Shown: positions 24,395 to 38,211 of the stretch, piece after piece | Numbering within the stretch: the first letter of the stretch is position 1 | Layout of the letters: every line of letters starts with the position of its first letter | Assembly (NCBI RefSeq): GCF_006345805.1 | Contig: NW_021833243.1 | Location: 15,449 to 79,448, forward strand | Origin: Octopus sinensis | Lineage: Eukaryota | DNA length: 64,000 nt | Direction: 5' to 3' | Notes under the pieces: model-generated | Databases searched by the model: none | What the model saw: the letters and a program-made list of their open reading frames with translations, nothing else | What the model was told of the DNA's origin: nothing | Translations under genes and position numbers: made by a program

Positions 24395-24790
24395 CTACTC
24401 TAGGCACAAGGCCCGGAATTTTGGGGGAGGGGGCCAGTCGATTAGATCGACCCTAGTACGAAAATGGTACTTAATTTATCGGCGCCGAAAGGATGAAAGG
24501 CAAAGTCGACCTCGGCGGAATTTGAACTCAGAACGTAGAGACAGACGAAATACCTATTTTTTTACTACCCACAAAAGGCTAAACATAGAGGGGACAAACA
24601 AGGGCAGACAAACAGATTAAGTCGATTACATCGACCCCAGTGCGTAACAGATACTTAATTTATCGACCCCGAAAGGATGATAGGCAAAGTCGACCTCGGC
24701 GGAATTTGAACTCAGAACGTAACGGCAGACGAAATACGGCTACGCATTTCGCCCGGCGTGCTAACGATTCTGCCAGCTCGCCGGCTTTGC
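24395..24790 (-). mobile_element. Head-to-tail dimer of SINE family A
   Basis: Two copies of GAAAGGATGAAAGGCAAAGTCGACCTCGGCGGAATTTGAACTCAGAACG joined through the tail CTATTT.TTTACTACCCACAA. Confidence 0.85.
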
Positions 24791-26229
24791 ACAAGTAGAT
24801 AGTACCGAGGCAATGTTGACGCGTCTTATTAATAAATTATTTAGCGTTATTGTTTCGAAGTACGAAAACAGATAAAAGAGGTGCGTAAGTAAATTATTTC
24901 GTCTACCAACTGACTGGCTGTTGTTGTTGCTTAAGGGCAACTATGCTTTGATCGAGATGGTTATCACCGAAGTATCCCATCGAGGAACATCCCATCTTTT
25001 GTTTTTTTCAGCCCCAGTCTATCTCGGAATGCATTACCCATTGTATTCTTTTTCAAACTGGTACGATGTCGTTTTAGAGAGACATACCTACTATTTATTA
25101 CAGATCAAGTGATCACGTAGGGGCTCCTTCATTGGCTTGTAGTTTATTAGTTATTGATGTGAAATCTCCCTCAAATGGCAACGTATGATCTTAGACACAG
25201 GGCATAACGTGATTCTAGTTTTTTTTGTATTTACTTATGTGCAAAAAACGGTATGTTTTCGGTTGGAGTGTGGAACCTATCTTTACGTTCTGAGTTCAAA
25301 TTCCGCTGAGGTGGACGTTGCTTGGGTTAATGTAATCGGCTTATACCCCACACCCAAAATTGCTGGCCTTGTTTCAAAATTTGAAATCAGTATTATTCAG
25401 TGGCTTCCTTGTCAAGGTTCAACAAAATTAAATACACCACAAAAAATTGCTGCAGACACTCGCGCACACACTCATACACAGATACACATACATAGGTATG
25501 CGTACATATATAGATACATACACACACACATATACACTCAAACATACACGCGTCTGTGCGCACGTATATACATTCTGTCACATACATATACACAGAGAGA
25601 TCCATATAAACACTATTTCATATGTAAAAATAGCATTTCGACCGCTAATATTTTGTATGACTTTGGCACAAGTCCACAAACTTTGAGGGGGAAAAGTCCA
25701 GAAAATTTGAGGAGAAAAAGCTAGTAGACTACAGCGACCCCAGTACCCGAGTGGTGCTTTGTTTTACTACTCAGACAGGACCAAAGTCAAAGAGGGACTT
25801 GGCGGAATTTGAACTCAGAACATATAGAGCCGGAAATGTTTCGAAAGTAGGTCAATTAAGATGTACCTATCGTCCCACTACCTATCCCTGTTCCCAGTAT
25901 CCGTATTTAGTTCTCCACCCGCCAATACCCCAAGAGGCGATATCACTCATTTTGAGAGGACGAATTTAAAACAGTAATTGCTATTAAAACCCGTTGCGTT
26001 TTCGCCACGCAAAACCCGTTCCTACATGAACCCACTGGGAAGCATCTGACTGAGCCTACGAAATGTTCAGTAGGTAGTCGACCCCGTAACTAACAGCTGC
26101 ATACTGTCCTTCTCTTCCAGATTATGAAAGCTTACCATAACGCTTACTCTAAATATAGTGAAATTTCAAGATTTCCTGTTTCTTATAAGGCGTATGTAGG
26201 TTAAGGTAGGCGTTAATACTGGCATTCCG

Positions 26230-26520
26230 CCGGTTACGGAGGCGACGATTCCCTGTTCATCAGACCAGTTGAATAGCCTGCTCTTGAAATTAAGATGCAA
26301 GTGGCTGAGTGCTCCACAAACACGTGTTCTCAAGGAGATTCAGCGTGATACACAATGTGACAAGGCTGGCTCTTTGAATTACTTATTTTTGCCAGCTGAG
26401 TGAACTGGAGCAACGAGAAATAAAGTGTCTTGATCAAAGACACAATGCGCTGCTGAGAGTCGAACTCACAACCTTGTGAGTGTGAGCCAAATACTCTAAC
26501 CACTAAGCCATATGTCTTCA
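26230..26520 (-). mobile_element. SINE family B copy
   Basis: Reverse complement of the full head, central domain and tail of family B. Confidence 0.75.
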
Positions 26521-26669
26521 GCTGTTGACGTCAAGTGTATATAAGACTGACGGAAGGAAGGATTATTTCACACTTACTCCGTCCCTTAGTTTTACACTGT
26601 TCTATATTTTAGAGACGAGGAATTCTGTACCTTATTTACATTGGACTGATATGTCTCCTCATCTTTTTG

Positions 26670-26810
26670 TTACCACGACGTTTCGGCTGATTTTCTCTCC
26701 ACCCTTCATCAGGTGTCCTGGTAGAATTTCGAACCCAACCCTGGGTTCTCATTCCTAAGATATTTTTTACTGATGTTATTGTTATTGTTATTATTATTAT
26801 TATTATTATT

Positions 26811-26846
<36 letters not shown>

Positions 26847-27122
26847 ATTTATTCAAAACACTGCCTGGAATTGAACTCGCAATCTGGAGGTTAGTAACCC
26901 GCACTCTTAACCATTACGCTGTATGTCCGTGGGCAATTATAAGGTTTATAACCCATAAAATTCACTCTATAATTCCTCACGAGTTCAATTCTAGGCAGCG
27001 CTTGAAAAAATAATTATAATAACATCAGCCAAAAATTACCTTAGGAATGTGAACCCAGGGTTGTGTTCAAAATTCTACAAGGACACCTGATGAAGGCTGG
27101 AGAGTAAATCAGCCGAAACGTC
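26670..27122. mobile_element. tRNA-headed, HHR-tailed element present as an inverted pair (26678-26879 / 26980-27122)
   Basis: Minus copy: A-box-like AGCGTAATGGTTA, B box GAGTTCAATTCC, (AAC/AAT)n, then CAC-CTGATGA-A-GGGTG..CAGCC-GAAAC-GTC-GTG. Plus copy is 5'-truncated at the B box and carries CTGATGA-A-GGCTG gagagtaaat CAGCC-GAAAC-GTC at 27087-27122. Confidence 0.75.
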
Positions 27123-27785
27123 TAATGTAAATAATGTACCCTAGTTTTACAGCATTATCTGATCCTTTTTATAGAGTCCACACTGTTGTAGTCATTTGGG
27201 CCGGCTTTCCAGTCAAGTCTGATCAAGGCTGACATGGGGATAAACAGCAACAGCAAGAAGAAGAAAAAGAAGAGCAACAACAACAACAGTCTTGAAGTCA
27301 GCAATGAATTTATTTTTATAATATAAAGAACAATAACTAAATTTTTTCGACAAAGTTAAGAAAAAATAACCGAATCCTGACTATGGCTTTAAAATTGGAT
27401 CAAACTGATTGATTCGTGAACTGTCTCGTTCTCACTGTTTAGTGAGCTTCATGTAAATCTGATTACAAATTTATTAGAAAGATAGTGTTGTACAGAAATC
27501 AATAATGCGGAGGTAATGTTAGCGGGTCTCACTGATGAGCCATCTAACACAAGGCCTTAATTGATCCGAGGCTATAGTATATGATAAATAAATTGTTGAA
27601 GGAATCGTACTGTGAGAACGAACTTGAAGTAACGTAATTGCCAAGGAAGCTTCATAACCACGTGGTCATTCTAAAGCACATCGTCTTGTCTTTCTGGCTC
27701 CCTTCTTAGATTATAACTTTCACTGACAGAACTAATGACGATAAATGACAACATCACCTCGTGGGATATGCCTCCATTTTTGCAC

Positions 27786-27888
<103 letters not shown>

Positions 27889-27947
27889 ATATGTACTTTT
27901 TTTTACACACATACATACACATATGTATATTATATATAATACATCAA

Positions 27948-28895
27948 CAAGAAGGTCGATATAGCTCGTAGGATGAAAAATGCAACTGAACGAGGGAAAA
28001 TTTGAGCTGATGCATTTTGGAAGAAACTCCTCACTAAAACAACCATACTCTCTTCCTTCAGGGGAACCGCTCACAACCTCTAACAATATCAGAGACCTGG
28101 GTGTAATTGTTGATGACGATCTCAGTTGGAGTGCACACATCATCAAGAAGGTCGATATAGCTCGTAGGATGAGTTCCTGGATTTTAAGAACTTTCCGGTT
28201 CAGAGAACAAGGTGTCATCATACCACTTTTTTCCTCCTTTGTACGGCCACACCTTGAATACTGCTGCCCACTGTGGTCTCCTCACACAAGACAAAACATC
28301 TCCAGAATTGAGTCACCCCAGAGGGCACTCACTAAACGAATTGAAGCCATGGCTGCTCTCAATTATTGGGATCGCCTTAAAGCCTTGAAACTTTACTCCC
28401 TCCAGCGTCGCCGTGAGCGGTACATCATTTGTACGATGTGGAAAATATACCGCCAACTATGCCCAAACGACCTAAACATTAGCTTCAAGGTTCATCCGAG
28501 ACTTGGACCACGGGCTATACGTCCCCTGCCCAATTCAAGATCACAACATACATGTACACTGCAACATAATTTTTTTCCTCAACAGGCCCTGCCCTATTTA
28601 ACATTGTCCCGAGAGAGATCAAAGAGGAAAAGGATCCCATCAACTTTAAACAGAGTCTGGATAGATTCCTTCAAAGAATACCAGATAAGCCACCCATAAT
28701 TGGATACAACTGACCCAACAAGAACTCACTACTTGAACAAAACTGGATACAACTCACCCAACAAGAACTCACTACTTGAACAAAACTTGACTTAAACAAA
28801 ACTTGACTTAAACAGGATTCGAATAATCCTATCAGGTGGTGCTATTAAGTTAGACATGGCCTGGACCAATCTTTGGTCGAAACATATCTAAGTTT
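27948..28895 (+). mobile_element. 5'-truncated CR1-clade LINE (ORF2 C-terminus 27980-28699 plus 3' UTR)
   Basis: LNEGKFELMHFG..IRDLGVIVDDDLSWSAHI..VRPHLEYCCPLWSP..LNYWDRLKALKLYSLQRRRER; short tandem (TAAGTT-like) tail. Confidence 0.88.
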
Positions 28896-28949
28896 AAGTT
28901 TATCTAAGTTTATATATATGTATATATATACATATATACATATATATAC

Positions 28950-28988
<39 letters not shown>

Positions 28989-29079
28989 CATATACATACA
29001 CACACATATACATACATACATACATACACACATATATACACATATATATACATACACACTCATATAATCTTTTATTCTT

Positions 29080-29357
29080 TTACTTGACCTAGTCATTTGA
29101 CTGCAGCCATGCTGGAGCCCCGCCTTTAGTCGAGCTAATCGATCACAGAACTTATTTCTTGTAATCCAATCCTAGTACTTATTCGATCGGTCTCTATTGC
29201 CGAACGCTAAGTTACGGGGACGAAAATACACCAACATCAGTTGACAAGTGATGGTGGGAAGACAAACACATACACACAAACACACACACACACACACACA
29301 CACGCATATATATATGTACACGCACATATATATAAAAATACATACATACGTTCAAAC

Positions 29358-29388
<31 letters not shown>

Positions 29389-30612
29389 TATATATAGATT
29401 TATACGATAGTATATATATATACTAGACGAGCTGGCAGAAACGTTAGCGCGCCGGGCGAAATGCTTAGTAGTATTTCGTCTGTCGATACGTTCTGAGTTC
29501 AAATTCCGCCGTGGTCGACTTTCAGCCTTTTGGGGTCGATAAATACAGTACCAGTTTCGCCCTGGGGTCGATGTAATCAACTTAATCCCTTTGTCTGTTC
29601 TTGTTTGTCCCCTCTAAGTTTAGCCCCTTTTGGGTACTAAAGAAATATATATATATACGATAGTCTTCTTTCAGTTTCTATCTACCAACTGCACTCACAA
29701 GGCTTTGGTCGGCTCGGAACTTATGTAGAAGTTGGCACACAATGGGATTGGATCTAGAAACCATGTGACAGGGAAGCAAACTTCTTGCGATGCTGCCTAC
29801 TAACACCTGTATTATACGTGTGTTACACAGCGAACATTCACTGACGGAGGCCCCACAAGTACAGGGAACCGTTAAAGAGTTAGCTGAGATCCCTTGTAGA
29901 TATCTATTCCGGATTTTTACGTTCTGCCGGCAATGCTTGCGACAACACTGGTGCCAAATTGCATCGGCCAACGTCGGCAGCTTTTCCCTTGGATGTTAGG
30001 ATACACATCAGCTGACTTCTCTATACACTTTCCCCTCGACTTACGACCTATGCGACTTACGAACATCCGCACTTACAACCACATTTTTCGTACGTCGGGC
30101 AACTACATTTATAATAACTAAGGCAGCATCTGGCAACGCAGGTCTCCCTCCGACTCAGTCATCCACTGTTTGCCACTGTCTCTTACTCGATAATAATATG
30201 TCGAGGAGAAGGTGTATATGCAATTATCAGCTTTCCTCATAAGGTCTTGCTCTAAGTATATGTAATCTTTTATTCTTTTACATGTTTCAGTGATATGACT
30301 ATGGCCATGCTAGAGCACCGTCTTTAGTCGAACAAATCGACTCCAGGATTTATTCTTTGTAAGCCTAGTACTTATTTTATCGGTCACTTTTGCCGAACCG
30401 CTAGGGTACGGAGACGTAAACCCACTGACATCGGTTGTCAAGTGATGTTGGTGGTGGGGGGACATATGTTTGTGTGTATGTGTTTGTCTCCTCATCATTG
30501 CCTGTCAACCGATGTTGGTGCATTTACGTCCCCCATAACTTCGACAATAGAGACCGATAGAATAAGTACACACACAAATACATGCATGCATACATACATA
30601 AATACATACATC

Positions 30613-30710
<98 letters not shown>

Positions 30711-30865
30711 CGATGGGTTTCTTTCAGTTTTCGTCTACCAAATCCACTTACAAGGCTTGGTCGACCCGTGGTATAGTAGAAGACACTTGTCCAAGGTGCT
30801 ACGCAGTGGACTTTACCCGGAACCATGTGGTTGGTAAGCAAGCTTCTTACTACACAGCTGCTGAA
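29080..30865. mobile_element. SINE cluster: family D (29080-29265 -, 30275-30450 -, 30480-30570 +), family A (29425-29645 +), family C (29655-29790 -, 30710-30865 -)
   Basis: Family D: CCGATAGAATAAGTACTAGGCTTACAAAGAATAA..GGTGCTCCAGCATGG. Family C: CACATGGTTCCGGGTTCAGTCCCACTGCG..CCTTGGGCAAGTGTCTTCTACTATA. Confidence 0.75.
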
Positions 30866-31345
30866 CATAAACAGGTGGAGGCCTTACATATTCTTAGGCG
30901 TGTGGCTTTGCGTTTTTACACAAGACTTTGAAATCTCGTTTATTTAACTGCTTTAATTTGTAACCAAATTTTTGTTGAGAAACTTACTTGCAATATATAT
31001 TAGATTTGTCTCCTATCTGTTTACCGATACAAAAAGACAAAAACTAAATTCGTTACATATTTAAGTACCAATCTTTATTGGTTCCTTGTTGTCTCTGAAA
31101 TGGGATTAATAAAAATAAAAATAGCGATAAAAAAAATAAGAAGAGAAACAGGAAGCAAATCTGAAAAATGGTTGTTTGAATAGTTTTGTGAAGACTTTGT
31201 AGGCTGGAAGTGAAATAATCAGCGAGCGAGCTTTTCGGTAATTGAAAACTGACATTGAATGATAAACTGCGAAGAGGGAACGACGAAAAGAATATTTGAA
31301 ATTCTTCTCCACCTTTAAGTCTTTTTCTGTTAGCGTGTATGTGTT

Positions 31346-31387
<42 letters not shown>

Positions 31388-31924
31388 CGCACGAGCGTCG
31401 ACATGCAAACAAAAGAAGGGAGAGAGAGAAAGACATTAAGAAAATGGAAGCGAAACAAAAACAAACAAACAATAACAACGATACCAAACAAAAGCAACAA
31501 TAACGAAACAAAAACAGTACAAATAAAACCATGTAAATGATATGGTACCCCCAAAGGATAAAAGATGATATATGGCACTGAAGAAGAAAAACAAAACAAA
31601 AAGACACCAAGAAAAACAAAATATGGAAAAAGAAAAAAAGGCCGATAGATCGCTGGGTTAAATATTCAGGTGGGAATTTTACTGGAAGTTTTCGTGTTAG
31701 ATGATGTTTTGATTTTTGTGTGATTTCAGCTTCTTTGGACGTTTATTGATTTTCATTGTTTTTGTTTTTGCTGTTGTTGGTTTTGCTAAGAAAACCTGTG
31801 AAATTGTTTCGAAGCAGAATTTGATTTTTGAAGCAAATACGAAAATATACAGAGAAATCTTGAAAGAACAAAAAAACAAAGGAGAAAGCCAATGTATGTA
31901 TGTAACAAGATGTATGTACACAAG

Positions 31925-32220
31925 ATGAAGGTGTGCGGCTCAGCGGTTAGGACATTCGGCTTACGATCGTGAGATCGCGAGTTCGAGTCCCGGCGACGCT
32001 TTGTATCCTTAAGCAAGGCACTTTATTTCACGTTGCTCCTGTTCACTCTGCTGGTAAAAAAAAAAGGAATGAGTACGTGTATTTGAAAGGAGCAGTCTTA
32101 TCACATTTTGAATCACGCTGAATCTCCCTGACATCTACATTAAGGGTAGACGTGTCTGTGGAGTACTCAGCCACTTGCGTGTTAATTTCACGAGCAGGCT
32201 GTTCCGTTGATCGAATCATC
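31925..32220 (+). mobile_element. SINE family B copy
   Basis: GGCTCAGCGGTTAGG A box, GAGTTCGAGTCCC B box, central domain and tail. Confidence 0.8.
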
Positions 32221-33231
32221 TAAAATGAAGGGAAGGGATATGGTTATAAATGCCGAACGGGGGGTGGGGTAGGGTGAGTTTCGGGCGAAGGGAGTAATTC
32301 GATAAACGAAGGTGGGCTGTCGGCAGGGGGGAAAACTGAAGCAGGTAGAAAGGTATGAGATAGATAGAGAGGGTAGACAGAGAGGGGGAAAAAAGGAAAG
32401 GATAAGTTGGTAGCAATGGCAATGGGTAGTTAGGGCTAAGCTGTTCTTGTTGAACTCACTTCATTTCAATAAACGCCCTTCCATTTTCTCATCGTACCTA
32501 TTTCTCTTTTTCAGATCTATAACCTCCATCAACCCTAATTAATAACGACTGTAGTCAACGCACTCAGCTACGACTCCACTCTTCATAATACTCCCCATCT
32601 CTCGATTCACCACAACTACTTCTCTGTCACTTGGTCACTCACCCCATCTTCCCTCCCGTTCCGACTCTCCTAACTCTTCTTGTCCTCTTTCTGCCTTAAC
32701 ACGTCCTCCTACCCTGAACCACCTACTACCTCTCTCCACTTACTTTTGTCGGACTTCTTCACTCATTCTACCCTGCATTATGATTTGAACTATTAGATTT
32801 CAACCTTTCCATCTTGATGACGGAAGCCGGATTTACTGTAATATTTATAAGCAGCCATTACAGGTTGCGTATCCATAATTTTTGCACAATCCATTAGCGA
32901 ACATTACTACTATTCCGTAATTCCGATACCCCAGTAACAACTGTCAGACCTGAAATCCCATGCCCTAACCCTTAAGTTTTCTGCATTTTTGTAATCCGTG
33001 TGAATCTGTTCTGTAAACATATAAAAAAACCTACATGCTGTTACAAGAGTGTTTATCTTCTGAATGAATATTTTCAGTTGTTTTTCTTACTCTATATATC
33101 GCTATGTAGATTTACATGTATATGTATATTTTATATATCAAACCTAAGCGTGTTTATATATTTCTTTGCATCATCTCCTCCCTCGCTCTGTCTGTCTTTC
33201 TCTCCTTCCCTCCTCTTCCCCCCTCTCTTCC

Positions 33232-33281
<50 letters not shown>

Positions 33282-33724
33282 TGTGTCTGCTGATGTAACC
33301 GATTGCGACACTGTCTGATGTAGAAGTGAGATAAAGCGATGTGTCATTATCCGGTCGAGCTTGCTCGTACATTAAACGTTTCTCCATTGCAAATTTCTCG
33401 TCTATGGTCGCAGGTCTTTTAGGCGATTGCAATGTCAGTCAAACTGATGGTTTTTTTTTTTCCAAATACGATTGTTAAAAGTGTAATTTGTTCTGCCAAG
33501 TGGAAAGAAATCCAAACGCAATGTATTTTTCATGTTTTTCACTTTATTCCCTGCTGCCATCCTGCTTATCAACGATAGGGAAAATTCCGTTCTATCCAGA
33601 CCGTCCGGATTTCACCGCGACCCTGTCAGATTGACTAACGGGTGCTATGCCTTGCCAAAGGCGATCCGTAATGCTATGCTACCCGGGACAGCTTATTGCG
33701 TATTCGCAGCTGACCTATATACAT

Positions 33725-33807
<83 letters not shown>

Positions 33808-34735
33808 AATATATATGTATGTATGTATAGTTGAAACATTCTGTCACAACCCGGAACCTTGAAGACTGCTTAAATACAAGAAAGTAAACTAGTCCCTTAA
33901 TATTTGATATTCAAAGACAAGCAACTTCATTTTACTGTATATATTATATATACTATATATTCTATATTCTACATCAATATTATAAAGAATATAAATAAAA
34001 CATAAAAAATAGACAGTGTTGGAATTCCTTTGAATAATATATATATATATGCATACTGACCATTCCCTTATCCGCATACTGGGGACCCGATGAATGGGAG
34101 TTTTCATTACCAAACCACACAGTGATTTGCAGATTGTTCTAATACTGTGTTTGTAAATTTGTAAATGACGTTGGAATGGGCAACAACGATATGTAGCTTT
34201 TTCCAATTCCTTGCATGGATATGTGTGCATGTACGTGTACATACATATGTGTGTTTGTACATCTATGTGTATGTGTAAGAACCAACGTCATACGGCTCTT
34301 TATTTAGTATTCTAATATTTAGAGTGCAGCCAGCCATCACTTAGATGTAAAACTTTATGAATCAATAATATACCACGGCAACACTACCACCGTCACTATC
34401 TCACTATGTCCATAATTAGCTTCTTGGCCTGTTCCTTTTATGGCGAATTCTGGCGCTCTGTGTAATTATACATACAGATGGCGAATTTACCGGATGCTGC
34501 TGCACTTGTGACACTTGTCAAAGTTGCAAACAAACATTTTTACATAATACACACACACACACATACACACACACTCATACACGTATACACGTACGCGTAT
34601 ATATACAGACAGAAAGGTGGGTGTGGAATACTTAATACAAAATAAGAGAGTTTAATATTTTATTCAATCTGATCCAATGTCTAGCCGGTTACTCAGGATC
34701 AAACTAAATTAACTATTTGTTTCATCTATCTATCC

Positions 34736-34770
<35 letters not shown>

Positions 34771-34779
34771 AATCTATCA

Positions 34780-34839
<60 letters not shown>

Positions 34840-34856
34840 GTCTGTCTGTCTGCCTT

Positions 34857-34892
<36 letters not shown>

Positions 34893-34897
34893 CCTAC

Positions 34898-34987
<90 letters not shown>

Positions 34988-35545
34988 GTCTGTCTATATA
35001 TGTAGCTAGCTACGCATAAACATAGAGAGAGTAAGCGTGAAAGAGGGGAAATTTGATCGGTTGACGAAACTATGAAGCTCGCACGATGGATTTTATCACC
35101 TGCCTTGTCACAATTGAATCACGCTGATTCTGTCTAACGTCAAAAATATGTGTGCGCGAGATACTCAACCACATGGCATGCTAATTCAACGCGCACATTT
35201 TTCAGGAGATTGAACGCTTGGGGGTTATACATCAAGATTGACGGCCAATCTGACATCACTATATTATGCTAGTGGCGGAGATGGCGAATTAATATATCAT
35301 TTCACTCTTCAAGCAGAGAGTTTTTTTCCTTCAAGAACGGGAATTATATATGAGTATCTCATGACTGAATAATCTGCGGTAGAATATAGACGTTTCGTAT
35401 GAATGTAGTAATTTGATCAGATAACACTTTCATTTAGGATGATGACTGATTTAAATGAATACAAATAAATTATTCATTCCGCATTATCGATATGTAAAAA
35501 TATCTCAGTGAAATAATCAAGCATGCGTGGTTGTACTCAACTGCA

Positions 35546-35585
35546 CTGATGAAGTACAGATATATACTGTAGCAAAACATGTGTC
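35546..35585 (+). other. Degenerate hammerhead relic
   Basis: CTGATGA-A-G-TACAG atatata CTGTA-GC-AAAAC-atgt-GTC. G12 of GAAA is mutated and stem I is poor. Confidence 0.45.
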
Positions 35586-36434
35586 CATATCTCTCCATTA
35601 CCTACGAATAATGTCAGAGTTACTCCTCTTTGAAGCATGTAAATAGTTCACGAAAAATTCGTTAATTTCTTTAAATTTATCTCCCCTTTTCTTTGAGAGT
35701 CGCCAACAGCTGCCGCTGGATTTTCCTCTTTTCATCTTTTAACCACTGCAGCTAAGAATAAAATTTTAATTAATTAAAAAGAATTTTGTTGTATTTTTTT
35801 TGCAATGTGATATTTAATGCATTACCTGTTAATTAATTGATTATCGAGATTTATGCCATTTGTGTATTTTAGTTATTTCCCTTTGCTAATTTTTCTTTTT
35901 TAATTATGGCCTTGTTATTTTTACTGTTATTGTTGCTGCCTTTGGAGAAGAATAATCCCAGAAGTTCAGTTTGAGAGGAATTATACCTAAATCTGCTCTC
36001 TCTACAATATGACACGTAACATTGTTCACAGTAATAATCTATTGATCCCAATACAATTTATCAATATTGCCCGCTGGGGCAAATAGAAGAAATCCTCATC
36101 CACTCACACATACACATCCCCCCCCCACACACACATACGCACAAACATACGCAAGCATGCACACACACATATACTCACTGCTGCATGCGCACATATACGC
36201 AGGTACACAACCACACGCATACAGAATAAATACAGCAGAGTTAATGAAACTACAACGAGACTTACATATAGTGAATTACATATACAACAGACGTAACGAT
36301 ACAGCTACATATACACACACACACCATACACACACACAGAATCGCACACGCTCATACACACAACTTTAGACATTTTTATATAACGAAATGGCCACATTCT
36401 TGCAATCTGAGACTTACAAACTCATACACACATA

Positions 36435-36473
<39 letters not shown>

Positions 36474-37142
36474 TATATAATATATATGTATGTAGTATGT
36501 ATGTATGTATGTATGTATATATGTATGTATGTGTATGTGTGTGTATACGCACATAGAAAACTAGGTGGTATCACACATCTTATACATGCTCATGCACACA
36601 TAGCAGAAATATAGGGACATATACACACATACAATATATATATATAATGTATATATATATATATATAATATATATATATATATATTATATATTATATATA
36701 TATATATACATATACATATAATATGTGTATTATAAATATGTGTTCTTGTGTATATAAATGAAACTTCCTCTCACGTGTATAGACACGTACATACAAAATA
36801 TAAGTCTTAGTCTTATATAAGCACACCGCGAAACCTTTACTCACCTTACATGTAATAAAACATATTCACATACTTACATAAACTATAACCTATACTCACA
36901 CATACACACACAAAAAGACCACAGTCAAACATCCACAAAAAACACAAAAAAGATGTGAAAATCGCTAGAAGAATATTCTCGTCTGAATAAATAAAAACGA
37001 GTCCATGAGCCGTTGTAACGATTTTACAGTGAGATAATCGGCTAAGAAAATCTACTTTATAACTATTGATATTATGATTATCATTCCTATTAGTAATATT
37101 ATTGTTATTACTATTATAATTATTTTTTATTTTATTATTATA

Positions 37143-37205
<63 letters not shown>

Positions 37206-37367
37206 TGTTGTTATTATTGTTATTATCGGTTATTCTTAAAATGAATAGTCTTCCCTTTCTTTTTAGGCTAACGTCGTATTTACCAATGGCTGAATGCAAA
37301 CAAAGACACCACATAGATACATACACGTACTCAAACACATGCATGTACGTACATAGATACACACACG

Positions 37368-37409
<42 letters not shown>

Positions 37410-37411
<2 letters not shown>

Positions 37412-37577
37412 ACTAAAATACGGTTGTCTGAGGGACACCACCATGCCGAAATAGCAGTCAAATTCCTGACTCTAAAAGCCACCTTAAATGTTCATATCAT
37501 AGGGTGGTTTTCAGAGTCAGGTATTAGACTGCTATTTCGGCATGGTGGTGTCTCTCAGACAACCTTATTTTTAGCTG
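37410..37577. mobile_element. Fold-back MITE, Tc1/mariner-like (TA flanks)
   Basis: About 77-bp inverted arms (CAACTAAAATACGGTTGTCTGAG... / ...CTCAGACAACCTTATTTTTAGCTG), about 13-nt loop, TA on both sides. Confidence 0.75.
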
Positions 37578-37667
37578 TAAAAAATTATTTCCTTTGTATG
37601 GTATTTATTCCCATTCTGGCCACTTGATAATATCGATATTTAAATATCGATATTATCCTTATTATAA

Positions 37668-37710
<43 letters not shown>

Positions 37711-37744
37711 AGATATATATATATATATATATATAAAATATTAT

Positions 37745-38065
37745 AGAGACAAACCACTATTTTGCAAAACAAACAAGGAAAGACTTAATCAATACATAAA
37801 AATTTAATAAATAGTCAAAAAAACCGCCACTACAATCGTTTCTTGTCTTGATCGACAATCTTCAGGTGGACTTCCAATAAGTCAGTTTCAAATTATGAAG
37901 TGAAATTCACTTCATAATTTGAAACTGACTTATTGGAAGTCCACCTGAAGATTGTCGATCAAGACAAGAAACGATTGTAGTGGCGGTTTTTTTGACTATT
38001 TATTAAAATTTTATGTATTGATTAAGTCTTTCCTGTTTGTTTTGCAAAATAGTGGTTTTGTCTCT
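37745..38065. mobile_element. 321-bp near-perfect palindrome (centre 37905) of a PLE pLTR with an HHR in each arm
   Basis: Plus HHR 37941-37983: CCAC-CTGAAGA-TTGTC gatcaa GACAA-GAAAC-gatt-GTA-GTGG. Mirror on minus at 37827-37869. The downstream tail is duplicated at 38290-38445. Confidence 0.88.
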
Positions 38066-38157
38066 AATAATATTTTATAATATTTTACTATAAAATTGGA
38101 TTTAATCCTAAATCTGATTTTTTCCCTGTAAATTTGGATTTATTCCCTAATATTTAT

Positions 38158-38211
<54 letters not shown>

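Noticed and set aside
33290-33432. Non-repetitive open frame QSPKRPATIDEKFAMEK.. on minus as a host exon
   Set aside because: No convincing acceptor or donor and no recognisable protein family.
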